A stretch of 32,000 nt of DNA. It comes from Alkanindiges illinoisensis DSM 15370 (lineage in GTDB: Bacteria > Pseudomonadota > Gammaproteobacteria > Pseudomonadales > Moraxellaceae). Position 1 is the stretch's first letter, and each line of letters opens with the position of its first letter. The translations under genes were made by a program, and so were the position numbers. The stretch spans positions 210,001 to 242,000 of the forward strand of contig NZ_JHUX01000004.1 in assembly GCF_000619845.1 (NCBI RefSeq), written 5' to 3'. This document shows, one piece after another, positions 8,865 to 17,706 of this stretch. Under the pieces are notes generated by a model, which saw only the letters and a program-made list of their open reading frames with translations, ran no database searches and was not told where the DNA came from.

Positions 8865-8973
8865 GAAGTGAACCGCTCCACTTCAACATCAGGATGCTGC
8901 TTGGCGGGTCTTGATGGTGTATTGAACAACTGTGTTAATCTTACTTTGCTGATGAATTCAGGAGGTTTTTGTC
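8865..8973 (+). promoter_or_regulatory. ROSE-like RNA thermometer in the ibpA 5' UTR
   Basis: Three hairpins can be read. The first is GAAGTG/CACTTC (8865-8884). The second is CATCAGGA/TCTTGATG (8887-8916). The final one (8944-8965) pairs CUUU(G)CUGA with UCAGGAGG, burying the SD AGGAGG (8960-8965), and contains the conserved ROSE UUGCU with a bulged G and two G.U pairs. Confidence 0.5.
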
Positions 8974-9453
8974 ATGACTACATTAAGCTTAAACCCTTTA
9001 TTCCGTCGTAGTATCGGCTTTGATCGCCTTAACGATTTGTTTGAATATGCAATGCAAAGCGAAGCCCCTAATTATCCGCCATACAATATTGAAAAACATG
9101 GCGATAATGAATACCGCATTGTAGTGGCTACCGCGGGCTTTACCCAGAATGAACTGGACATCAATCTGGACAACAGCGTGTTGACTATTTCCGGTAAGCC
9201 CATGAGTAAAACACAGGATAATGACGTGGCATTCCTGCATAAAGGCATTGCGCAGCGCTCATTTAAATTGTCGTTACGGCTGGATGAGTACATTGAAGTG
9301 CAACAGGCTGCCTACGAAGATGGTTTGCTCAAGGTGGATTTACGTCGGGTGATCCCTGAAGAAAAATTGCCACGCAAGATTGCCATTCAGGGAAATCAGG
9401 GTAAACAGCAAACTTTGGAACATGCACCAACTGTATCAGACACAGAGCACTAA
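8974..9453 (+). CDS. ibpA: small heat-shock protein, IbpA/Hsp20 (alpha-crystallin) family
   Basis: 159 aa. PPYNIEKxGDNxYRIxxAxAGF, LxIxG...FLHxGIAxRxFxxxxxL and GLLxVDL are the IbpA/IbpB signature. A strong SD AGGAGG lies 8 nt upstream of the ATG. Confidence 0.9.
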   Translation: MTTLSLNPLFRRSIGFDRLNDLFEYAMQSEAPNYPPYNIEKHGDNEYRIVVATAGFTQNELDINLDNSVLTISGKPMSKTQDNDVAFLHKGIAQRSFKLSLRLDEYIEVQQAAYEDGLLKVDLRRVIPEEKLPRKIAIQGNQGKQQTLEHAPTVSDTEH

Positions 9454-9496
9454 TGCCTATGCATTAGGCTAAACGAAATGCAAACCTGCAAAATGC

Positions 9497-9526
9497 AAAA
9501 AAGCCACGGATTACCGTGGCTTTTTT
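9497..9526. terminator. bidirectional rho-independent terminator (ibpA + / rbfA -)
   Basis: A5-AGCCACGG-atta-CCGTGGCT-T6. The flanking A and T runs are symmetric, so it can terminate both convergent transcripts. Confidence 0.8.
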
Positions 9527-9555
9527 ATACAGATTTTAACAAGTAAAATAGCTGA

Positions 9556-9981
9556 TTATTTGTCTGTATTATTTACTTCAGAACTGTCTGTGCTTTCATC
9601 AGTCGACTCATCGGGCCGTACTGCTTTGGCAATCAAATCCATCATGTAGTTGCCGTGCGCCGTCACATTGTCATAGTGAAAGCGCAAGCGTGGGGTAATC
9701 CGGGTCTTAATGCGACGGCCCAGTTCCTGACGTAAAAAGCCAGCAGCCCCATTTAGCACATCAAGGGTATCCTTATGTGCCTGTGCATTCTGGTCATTGC
9801 TAAGCTCACGTCCCATCACTGTCACATAGACATCGGCATAGCCCATATCCGGGCTTACCTTGATGCCGGATATAGTCACCAGACCGCCAAGACGCGGATC
9901 TTTTAACTCTGAGCGAATCAGGTCAGACAGCTCGCGCTGCACCTGATCACCCATGCGTTTTAGTCGTTGGCTACCCGCCAT
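9556..9981 (-). CDS. rbfA: ribosome-binding factor A
   Basis: QRxxRxxxxxxRELSxLI...DPRLG..VTISxVxVSPDxxxAxVYV...LRF.YD pattern. The start overlaps the infB stop by 1 nt (TAATG). Confidence 0.95.
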   Translation of the reverse strand: MAGSQRLKRMGDQVQRELSDLIRSELKDPRLGGLVTISGIKVSPDMGYADVYVTVMGRELSNDQNAQAHKDTLDVLNGAAGFLRQELGRRIKTRITPRLRFHYDNVTAHGNYMMDLIAKAVRPDESTDESTDSSEVNNTDK

Positions 9982-12734
9982 TAAAGACTCCGTGCAATTT
10001 GTTGAACGTCGTACACTTCAATCTTGTCCAGTTCCTGAATGTCGTTATAGCCTTTTACTGCCAGACCACATTCAATCCCTGCACGCACGTCGTTCACATC
10101 ATCTTTGTGGCGACGCAGAGATTCCAGTTCACCCTGGAACACCACCACATCATTACGCAGTACGCGGATTGGCTTGTTACGATAAATCGTTCCTTCCATC
10201 ACCATACAGCCTGCTGCTGCACCAAACTTGCTGGAACGGAATACCTGACGAACCTGCGCCACGCCCAGAATGGTTTCACGATGTTCTGGCGCTAGTTTGC
10301 CACTCATGGCAGCTTTAACGTCGTCAATCATCTCGTAAATTACGCTATAGTAACGTAAATCTACGCCATCCTGATCACACTTGATGCGCGCTGCACCATC
10401 GGCACGGACATTAAAGCCCAGCAACACGGCATCAGAAGATTCCGCCAGTGCCACATCAGACTCGGTAATTGCACCAACGCCGGAGCTAATGATGCGAACA
10501 TGCACATCATCAATGGACAGGTCATTTAAGGCTGCACTAATGGCTTCCAGTGTACCGCGTACATCGGTTTTCAATACCAGGTTGACGGTTGGGACATCTT
10601 TCTTGCCCATTGACGCCATGATATTTTCCAGACGCATGGCGCTGGCACGTTCCAGACGGTTCTGACGCTCACGGGCACCACGGAAATCCGCCACTTCACG
10701 GGCTTTTTTCTCGTCACTAACCACCAGCACTTCATCACCGGCATTCGGTGCTTCCGGCAGACCCAGAATTTCCACCGGAATGGATGGGCCGGCTGTCTTG
10801 ATTGGCTTGCCGTTTTCATCATTCATGGCACGCACACGGCCATACGATGCACCCGCCAGTACCAGATCACCCACATTCAGCGTACCTTTTTGTACCAGAA
10901 TGGAAGTGACAGCACCACGGCCTTTATCCACACGGGCTTCAATCACTACACCCTGCGCTGCACCTTCATCAGATGCAGTCAGTTCCAGCAATTCAGCCTG
11001 AATGGAAATCAGGTCCAGCAGCTCATCAATACCCTGACCACTATGGGCAGATACCAGCGCTACCGGTACATCACCACCCCATTTTTCAGGCACGATCTGC
11101 TTGGCAGTCAGTTCATTCAGAACGCGATCCGGATCAGCACTTTCTTTGTCCATTTTGTTGATGGCAACAATGATTGGCGTTCCGGCAGCACGTGCATGGT
11201 CAATGGCTTCGGCAGTTTGTGGCATTACACCATCGTCCGCTGCAACCACCAGTACGACGATATCAGTGGCCTTGGCACCACGTGAACGCATGGCAGTAAA
11301 TGCCGCGTGACCGGGGGTATCAAGGAACGTAATAATGCCTTTGTCAGTTTCCACATGGTAAGCACCAATGTGCTGGGTAATCCCGCCTGCTTCACCAGCC
11401 GCCACTTTGGAGCGACGGATATAGTCCAGCAGGGAAGTTTTACCGTGGTCAACGTGACCCATGATAGTGACAACTGGCGGACGGGTTTTTTCAGCACCAC
11501 GCTCTTTGCGTGCTGCTTCCATCAGGTTGTCTTCCATGGCGGTATCGCTAACCAGCACAGGATTATGACCCATTTCCTCAACCACCAGGGATGCGGTAGA
11601 TTGATCAATACTTTGATCCTGCGTGACCATCTCACCCATTTTCATCAGGGTTTTAATGACTTCGCGTACCTTCACAGCCATTTTTTGAGCCAGATCGGCA
11701 ACCACAATGGTTTCACCAATCTGTACATCATAAATCTGTTTTTCAACCGGCTTTTCAAAACCATGCTTGTTCGGCTGGCTTGATTTTAGGCCACGCTTAT
11801 TGGGCTGGAAGCTTTGTTCTTCCTGACCACGGCTCTTGCCACGTGTCTTGCCACCGCGCGGATTGGCAGTTGCCCCGCCACGCTTAATTTCACGGTTTTC
11901 TTTGTCAAATGACTCTTCATAAGCACGGCCAACCAGACCAGCAGCTAAAGGTGTATTGTCTTCAACCACCTTGATGCTAATGTCATCATTGGAGTACTTG
12001 GAAGCCATTTGACGCATTTGTTCAAGCGTACGCTTTTGCGCTTCTTCCGCTGCTGCACGACGTGCTGCTTCTTCGGCTGCTTTCAGGCGTGCCTCTTCAA
12101 TCTCGCGAGCCTTTTTCTCTTCAGGCGTTTCCGACTTGCCACGAACTTCAGGCTTACGTGGCTCTGCCTTACGGCCTTCAGGTTTAGCAGGTGCTTTCGC
12201 AGGCGTATTGACAATAGCATCGCCATTGCGCTTTCTTACCACCACTTCAGTTTTGGCACTGCCACCAGCTTTCGTGCCTGGCTGATGTGCTGCGCGCATG
12301 GCATCCAGTGTGGCCTTTTGACGGGCATCAGCTTCTACACGCGACTGGGTTTCTGCTTTCTCACGCGCAATCATGTCCGCACGTGCCTTGTCAGCAGCTT
12401 CGGACTTGGCCTTGGCTTCTGCTGCCAGTGCTGCCGGATCAGGTTTTACAAACGTATGCTTTTTACGTACTTCAACATTAATGGTCTTGGCCTTGCCACT
12501 GGTACTGGCAACTTTGGCTGTACTGGTGGTTTTACGCTTTAAGGTAATATTACTGTTGGCAGGTGCCTGACCATGAGAACGTTTCAAATGTGCGACTAGT
12601 TGCTCTTGCTCTGATTCAGAAATAATGGCGTCAGCATTGCGGCCGGGCAAGCCAGCTTCTGTCAATTGCTCGAGCAGCTTCTCGACTGGACGCCCCACAT
12701 TTTTTGCCAATTCTTTTACGGTTTTGTCCGTCAT
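9981..12734 (-). CDS. infB: translation initiation factor IF-2
   Basis: 917 aa with a Lys/Ala/Glu-rich N-terminal region. The G domain carries [17 protein letters not shown] and NKMD, and the C-terminal domains are conserved. It sits between nusA and rbfA. Confidence 0.97.
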   Translation of the reverse strand: MTDKTVKELAKNVGRPVEKLLEQLTEAGLPGRNADAIISESEQEQLVAHLKRSHGQAPANSNITLKRKTTSTAKVASTSGKAKTINVEVRKKHTFVKPDPAALAAEAKAKSEAADKARADMIAREKAETQSRVEADARQKATLDAMRAAHQPGTKAGGSAKTEVVVRKRNGDAIVNTPAKAPAKPEGRKAEPRKPEVRGKSETPEEKKAREIEEARLKAAEEAARRAAAEEAQKRTLEQMRQMASKYSNDDISIKVVEDNTPLAAGLVGRAYEESFDKENREIKRGGATANPRGGKTRGKSRGQEEQSFQPNKRGLKSSQPNKHGFEKPVEKQIYDVQIGETIVVADLAQKMAVKVREVIKTLMKMGEMVTQDQSIDQSTASLVVEEMGHNPVLVSDTAMEDNLMEAARKERGAEKTRPPVVTIMGHVDHGKTSLLDYIRRSKVAAGEAGGITQHIGAYHVETDKGIITFLDTPGHAAFTAMRSRGAKATDIVVLVVAADDGVMPQTAEAIDHARAAGTPIIVAINKMDKESADPDRVLNELTAKQIVPEKWGGDVPVALVSAHSGQGIDELLDLISIQAELLELTASDEGAAQGVVIEARVDKGRGAVTSILVQKGTLNVGDLVLAGASYGRVRAMNDENGKPIKTAGPSIPVEILGLPEAPNAGDEVLVVSDEKKAREVADFRGARERQNRLERASAMRLENIMASMGKKDVPTVNLVLKTDVRGTLEAISAALNDLSIDDVHVRIISSGVGAITESDVALAESSDAVLLGFNVRADGAARIKCDQDGVDLRYYSVIYEMIDDVKAAMSGKLAPEHRETILGVAQVRQVFRSSKFGAAAGCMVMEGTIYRNKPIRVLRNDVVVFQGELESLRRHKDDVNDVRAGIECGLAVKGYNDIQELDKIEVYDVQQIARSL

Positions 12735-12746
12735 AATGCTCTACCC

Positions 12747-14231
12747 CTAATTAAACCATGATTCACGGGCTTTCATAATTAAATGACCAGCCCTTTGGGG
12801 ATCCAGGCCTTCTATATCGGCAATATCATCTATTGCCTGATCGGCCAAATCATCTACTGTAACAACACCGCGTGCAGCCAGCGCAAATGCCAGCTCGCGG
12901 GTCATGCCTTCCATATTTAGCAGCTCTTCGCTTGGATCCTGAATGCTTTCCTGCTGCAACAGGGCATCAGCGATGGCCACTTCCTTGGCACGGCCTTGCA
13001 AAAGCTGTACCGTATCTTCATCCAGTTCAATCTCGTCAAAAGTCTCTGCCGGTACATAAGCCACTTCATCAATAGAAGTAAAGCCCATGTCCACCAGCGC
13101 TGTGGCAAGATCTTCATCCAGCTGCAAACGCTGAACAAACATATCAATATATTGCTGTGCTTCAGAAGCCTGACGCTCGCGATATTCATCTTCCAGCATC
13201 ATGTCCAGCTTGTAGCCAGTCAGCTCGGAAGCAAGGCGGACATTCTGGCCCTGTGAACCAATGGCACGAGCCAGCTGGTCACTGGTAGCAAAAATGATGT
13301 CTGCGCTTCTGGCGTCTTCATCCAGCACAATACTGGACACATCAGCGGGTTCAAGCGCACTGGCAATATACTGTGCCGGATCATCAGACCACACCACCAC
13401 ATCAATACGCTCGCCATTTAATTCCTGCTGTACAGCCTGAATACGGGTTCCGCGCATGCCGATACACGCACCCACCGGATCAATACGGTGATCGTTGGTC
13501 TTAACAGCAATCTTGGCTCGCACACCGGGCTGACGAGCAGCAGTCTTGACCTCAATAATTTCTTCACTAATTTCCGGCACTTCTTTACGCATTAGCGCAA
13601 TCAGCATTTCCGGACGTGCACGTGACAGCAACAACTGGGCACCACGGCCTTCGCGATTTACATTATATAAAATGGCATTGATACGCTGCTTGGGACGCAA
13701 CAATTCTTTTGGCAGCATTTCCTCACGGGCCAGGTAGCCTTCGGCATTGTCACCCAGATCAATGATAAAGCCATCTTTGGTTTGCTTTTTCACTTCACCA
13801 TAAATCAGCTCACCAACACGCGATGCATACTGATCCGCCACCATGGCACGTTCGGCTTCACGGATTTTCTGGACAATCACCTGCTTGGCAATCTGTGCAG
13901 CAATGCGGCCAAAGTCAATGGACTGAACCTGCTGTTCACGAATGTCACCGATTTTCCATTCATTCTGGTCCAGATCGCTAATCGCATCCTGACACGCTGG
14001 CATTTCGTGATCTTCATCTGCTACCACTTCCCACTGGCGGAAAGTTTCGTAATCACCAGTTTTACGGTCAATGGCAACACGCAATTGCGCTTCTTCGTCC
14101 ACTGTACCTTCATAAAATTTCTTTTTGGTTGCCGCCACCAGCGCTTGTTCCAGCGCCTGAAAAATTGCTTCGCGGGGTACACCCTTTTCATTACTAACCG
14201 TTTCAACAACGGTAAGAATTTCGCGACTCAT
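12747..14231 (-). CDS. nusA: transcription termination/antitermination factor NusA
   Basis: 494 aa with an N-terminal domain, S1, KH1/KH2 (GACIGMRGTRIQAV, IGSQGQNVRLASELTG) and acidic C-terminal AR repeats. SD GAAGGTGA is present. Confidence 0.97.
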   Translation of the reverse strand: MSREILTVVETVSNEKGVPREAIFQALEQALVAATKKKFYEGTVDEEAQLRVAIDRKTGDYETFRQWEVVADEDHEMPACQDAISDLDQNEWKIGDIREQQVQSIDFGRIAAQIAKQVIVQKIREAERAMVADQYASRVGELIYGEVKKQTKDGFIIDLGDNAEGYLAREEMLPKELLRPKQRINAILYNVNREGRGAQLLLSRARPEMLIALMRKEVPEISEEIIEVKTAARQPGVRAKIAVKTNDHRIDPVGACIGMRGTRIQAVQQELNGERIDVVVWSDDPAQYIASALEPADVSSIVLDEDARSADIIFATSDQLARAIGSQGQNVRLASELTGYKLDMMLEDEYRERQASEAQQYIDMFVQRLQLDEDLATALVDMGFTSIDEVAYVPAETFDEIELDEDTVQLLQGRAKEVAIADALLQQESIQDPSEELLNMEGMTRELAFALAARGVVTVDDLADQAIDDIADIEGLDPQRAGHLIMKARESWFN

Positions 14232-14326
14232 GATGTCACCTTCTAATCAATTAAACCTGTTATAAATCAGTTTGCTTTATGCTCATCCTAAAGGCGGCTT
14301 ACGTCATTCACATGAATTGTGGCTGA

Positions 14327-14881
14327 TTAATCCTCATACACCAGATTGGCTTTATCAATATTGTCGCCATCAATGGTTAAGCGCTGGCCTTCAACTTCCA
14401 CCACAATCTGCTGTTCATTAAGCTCTAGCAGGGTAGCTGTCATTTTGCGACGGTTGGCAACAGCAGAAATTAAGCGCAGTGCAATTTTCTGCCCTACATA
14501 TGCCTGCATTTGCGTGAGACTAAAGAACGGACGATCCCAGCCCGGTGAAGACACTTCAAGCGCATATTCACCAGAAATCGGATCATGCACGTCCAGCACA
14601 CCACTAACCTGATGGGTAACCTGTACGCAGTCCTGAACACCAATACCGCGGCCAGCATCCTCATCTGTTTCATCAGCATTGGAAGCAGACGCATCCGTAC
14701 TAACAACCAGCTGATCAGCGGCTGTAGTGTCGTCCTGATTTTCCGGCTTATCAATATAAATACGTAACAGCGAGCGTTTACCCTGTGGCAGGAATTCAAT
14801 GCCCCATAGCTCAACACCACAGGCGGCTACAGCAGGAGCTATCAGGTCATACAAGGCTTGAGTTTTTGCAGAAAACTTCAT
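14327..14881 (-). CDS. rimP: ribosome maturation factor RimP
   Basis: LWGIEF...LRIYID...VxDCxxVxHQVSxVLDVxDPIxxxYxLEVSSPGxDRP motif, immediately upstream of nusA. It carries an acidic insertion of about 30 aa relative to E. coli RimP. Confidence 0.9.
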   Translation of the reverse strand: MKFSAKTQALYDLIAPAVAACGVELWGIEFLPQGKRSLLRIYIDKPENQDDTTAADQLVVSTDASASNADETDEDAGRGIGVQDCVQVTHQVSGVLDVHDPISGEYALEVSSPGWDRPFFSLTQMQAYVGQKIALRLISAVANRRKMTATLLELNEQQIVVEVEGQRLTIDGDNIDKANLVYED

Positions 14882-15030
14882 TTATCTTCTTTAAAACAGA
14901 TAGTTGGGAACTTGATGGGTCATCAGAAGTTGATGCAAGCGCACCTGCGCCACACCTGAGTTTAGGAAATTTTCAGGGCGCGGCAGCAATTGATGTTTCG
15001 CTTATCCATCACCATTAGGCTACATGACAA

Positions 15031-15056
15031 ATAAAAAATGGGCGATATCGCCCACT
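15031..15056 (-). terminator. rho-independent terminator or attenuator between tRNA-fMet and rimP (distal of two)
   Basis: On the minus strand, TGGGCGAT/ATCGCCCA (15039-15054, a perfect 16-bp palindrome) is followed by T6 (15038-15033). Confidence 0.7.
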
Positions 15057-15111
15057 TTATCAATACCTATAAACCTGATTGTTTAATACCCAAACATATT
15101 TATAGTACTGA

Positions 15112-15140
15112 ACAAAAAGGCTCAACCATGTGAGCCTTTT
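15112..15140 (-). terminator. rho-independent terminator immediately downstream of tRNA-fMet (proximal of two)
   Basis: On the minus strand, GGCTCA-catggt-TGAGCC (15119-15136) is followed by TTTTTG (15118-15113). It starts 8 nt after the tRNA 3' CCA. Confidence 0.65.
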
Positions 15141-15147
15141 CTAAATA

Positions 15148-15224
<77 letters not shown>

Positions 15225-15237
15225 TCAACAGGCAGGT

Positions 15238-15265
15238 ATTATATACCAGCCTTCGCTTTTGTCAA
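15238..15265 (-). promoter_or_regulatory. sigma70 promoter of the tRNA-fMet (metY) transcription unit
   Basis: On the minus strand, TTGACA (15265-15260), a 16-nt spacer and TATAAT (15243-15238) are both consensus hexamers. The predicted start lies about 6-8 nt upstream of the mature tRNA 5' end (15224). Confidence 0.7.
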
Positions 15266-15340
15266 TGGTTAATTTCAACTAACCATCGCAAGCGCACACC
15301 TTACTGTTGCCCATATATTGATTTAAATCAATCAAATACA

Positions 15341-15425
15341 TGGTACGAGGGAAGAGACTCGAACTCTCACGCCGTTAGGCACTACCACCTCAAGGTAGCG
15401 TGTCTACCAATTCCACCACCCCCGC
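15341..15425 (-). tRNA. leuU: tRNA-Leu (anticodon GAG)
   Basis: The reverse complement is GCGGGGGUGGUGGAAUUGGUAGACACGCUACCUUGAGGUGGUAGUGCCUAACGGCGUGAGAGUUCGAGUCUCUUCCCUCGUACCA, 85 nt with a long variable arm. The anticodon loop is UUGAGGU. It lies downstream of secG as in E. coli secG-leuU. Confidence 0.93.
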
Positions 15426-15468
15426 AACAAGGCAGCCATTCTATGCGACCTCTTAAAAAAAAGGAAGC

Positions 15469-15828
15469 TTAATTTGTAGGGGTTTGCGACCCTGCTGCAT
15501 TAATTGATGAACTTTCAACCACCGGCTTGGCAGAATCAGTCGGCAGTGTTGGTGCTGGCGCAGTCTGGCTTCCTGGTAGCTCATATAAGCGTGACACATT
15601 ATGTTTGGCAAAAATGGCCAGTGCTATGCTGGTAACAAAGAAGATAGCCACCAGTACGCCGGTTGCCCGGGTTAAAAAATTGGCACCACCAGAGGCACCA
15701 AATACTGTAGCTGCCCCACCGCCACCAAATGATGCGCCTGCTTCAGCACCTTTACCCTGCTGAATCAGGATCAGGCCGATCATGGCCAGTGCAACCAGAA
15801 TATGAACCACCAGTACAAGCGTTTCCAC
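15469..15828 (-). CDS. secG: preprotein translocase subunit SecG
   Basis: 119 aa with HILVALAMIGLILIQQGKGAEAG..FGGGGA..VFGASG. It uses a GTG start with SD AGGAG, and the SD overlaps the tpiA stop codon. Confidence 0.92.
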   Translation of the reverse strand: METLVLVVHILVALAMIGLILIQQGKGAEAGASFGGGGAATVFGASGGANFLTRATGVLVAIFFVTSIALAIFAKHNVSRLYELPGSQTAPAPTLPTDSAKPVVESSSINAAGSQTPTN

Positions 15829-15837
15829 TGCGTTCTC

Positions 15838-16647
15838 CTACCCGGCCTTGCGGTCTTGGCTAAAAGCCCGGGCAATTTTAATAAATGAATCGGCATCCAG
15901 CGATGCACCACCAACCAGTGCCCCATTAATGTTAGCACAGGCGGCCAAAGATGCGGCATTATCAGGCTTTACACTGCCGCCGTAAAGTATGGGCAGATCA
16001 ACAAGTGATGAATGATAGTTTTTTAGGCCTGCACGGATGGCCGCATGCATACTTTCGGCATCTTGCGGGCTAGCGGTTTTACCCGTGCCAATTGCCCATA
16101 CCGGTTCATAAGCCACCATCAGATTTTGCTGCCAGTGCTGCAAGGCAATGCAATCAAAAACCTCATCAAGCTGATGAAGCACCACTTGCTCAGCGTGTCC
16201 AGCTTCACGCTCGGTCAGGGTTTCACCCACGCAAAAAACCACCTTTAACCCGGCACTGATTGCTGCTTGTAATTTTTCCCGCAAAACAGTGGCATCTTCG
16301 CCATATAGACTGCGGCGTTCTGAATGGCCAATTAAGGTCATATTTATACCAGCATTTGCCAGCAACTGTGCCGATACATCACCTGTATAGGCGCCCGTAC
16401 CAGCAAAGCGGGAAACATCCTGAGCGATCACCTGAATAGGACTGTTAGCCTGCTGCGTTTGCTGCTGAACCATTAAAAGATGCAATAGGGTCGGCGCAAC
16501 AGCCAGATTCACGTTGAGTAGCTCTGTGCCAGAAGCCAAATGTTCTGCAATGTGCTCAATTAATTGTTGGGTTAATTGTTGTTGTGCCACTGAGGTCTCT
16601 GGATTCATTTTCCAGTTTCCAATCACCCATGGCATAATAGCGGGCAT
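15838..16647 (-). CDS. tpiA: triose-phosphate isomerase
   Basis: PWVIGNWKMN, GHSERR, AYEPVWAIGTG and YGGSVKP motifs are present. The start is ambiguous. ATG 16645-16647 (MPAIMPWVIGNWK) fits homolog length best and has AAGG upstream. Alternatives are ATG 16665 and the track's TTG 16671. Confidence 0.9.
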   Translation of the reverse strand: MPAIMPWVIGNWKMNPETSVAQQQLTQQLIEHIAEHLASGTELLNVNLAVAPTLLHLLMVQQQTQQANSPIQVIAQDVSRFAGTGAYTGDVSAQLLANAGINMTLIGHSERRSLYGEDATVLREKLQAAISAGLKVVFCVGETLTEREAGHAEQVVLHQLDEVFDCIALQHWQQNLMVAYEPVWAIGTGKTASPQDAESMHAAIRAGLKNYHSSLVDLPILYGGSVKPDNAASLAACANINGALVGGASLDADSFIKIARAFSQDRKAG

Positions 16648-16729
16648 AGCCTTGCTGCTCAGCATAGACAAGATTAATCCAATTTAGTAAAACTACGCGC
16701 ATTCTAACTTAAAACCATAGATTATTTTA

Positions 16730-17251
16730 ATGATGCCACAATTTATATCTTCAAATTTAAGCGACAACCTTGGCAAAGTAATGAACAAAATCTCTTCCAG
16801 AACATTAACGATAGTTTCCGAAGCTCAATTGAGCTTTGTTTCTCTTTTGACAGCTATATCTTTTTTATTATTCACTAGTCTGTTATCAACCAGTCTGCTA
16901 GCTGAAACAGTACAGCGCTGGCAGGATAGTTCAGGCCAATGGCACTTTGGCGATCATGCGGCCGCCAAAGGTCATGCCAGTAAATCCGTCCTTATTAAAA
17001 TGCCCATTTCTGTGGTTAAAAATGATCAGGCTATTAATATTAACGATCTGAATTCTACAAAGGTTAAAGCCAAAAAGACACGTAAAAAATCTTCTGTATT
17101 GTCACAAACGGCCCGACAGAATGATCATTGTAATGAACTACGCCAGCAGCTTTATAATCCGACATTAAAATCCAAAAAGAGCCAGCGCATGCAAACTCTT
17201 ACAGCGCGTTATGAACATGAATGCATTGCCGGGCATTATTATGGCAGTTAA
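16730..17251 (+). CDS. DUF4124 domain-containing secreted/periplasmic protein
   Basis: A hydrophobic signal-like segment (LLTAISFLLFTSLLSTSLLA|E) is followed by VQRWQDSSGQWHFGD, the DUF4124 signature (Y/x-K/R-W-x-D-x-x-G-x-x-H-F/Y-x-D). The tail is Lys-rich and contains two Cys. The start is uncertain (ATG 16730, 16733 or 16781). Confidence 0.6.
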   Translation: MMPQFISSNLSDNLGKVMNKISSRTLTIVSEAQLSFVSLLTAISFLLFTSLLSTSLLAETVQRWQDSSGQWHFGDHAAAKGHASKSVLIKMPISVVKNDQAININDLNSTKVKAKKTRKKSSVLSQTARQNDHCNELRQQLYNPTLKSKKSQRMQTLTARYEHECIAGHYYGS

Positions 17252-17336
17252 ATCTTAATTATTACCTGTGTTTTGCGTTAAAATATCCCAAATCAATGCA
17301 TACATATTCATTGAAATTTAAAGGCTAGACCCTCAT

Positions 17337-17612
17337 ATGTTCTCTGAAAACACTTCAACTCAAATGCTTATTCCAGCAGGGATTTACCGGCACTATAAAG
17401 GTCATCGCTATCAGGTATTGGGCTGTGCCCGACATAGTGAAACTGAAGAATGGCTAGTAGTATACCGCTGTTTATATGGTGAATTTTCTTTATGGGTTAG
17501 ACCACTGGCCATGTTCACCGAACAGGTCAGCCTGCCAAACGCTGAGTCTGTGCCACGCTTTGCTCTGGAAATTGCTACTGAGTTCACAGGTGTGGATTTA
17601 AACAAGCTTTAA
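17337..17612 (+). CDS. DUF1653 domain-containing protein
   Basis: 91 aa. GIYRHYKGHRYQVLGCARHSETEEWLVVYRCLYGEFSLWVRPLAMF matches the DUF1653 core pattern (YxHYKGxxYxVxxxAxHSETxExxVVYxxLYG..xxWxRPxxMF). Confidence 0.7.
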   Translation: MFSENTSTQMLIPAGIYRHYKGHRYQVLGCARHSETEEWLVVYRCLYGEFSLWVRPLAMFTEQVSLPNAESVPRFALEIATEFTGVDLNKL

Positions 17613-17706
17613 CAGTCGATTGTACTGATGGAGTGCCTGAGTTATAGTGTTTAATTATCAGGGATGGTCAACGTAATATATATGACAGCATATCTGTTAA
17701 GGTGGG

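Noticed and set aside
9999-14246. Many long plus-strand ORFs inside infB and nusA (for example 10890-11285, 11307-11783, 12009-12542, 13782-14246)
   Set aside because: They lie antisense to strongly supported, highly conserved genes. Their translations are low-complexity (Cys/Phe/Arg-rich mirrors of Lys/Glu/Ala-rich sequence) and have no motifs or ribosome-binding sites. These are typical shadow ORFs.
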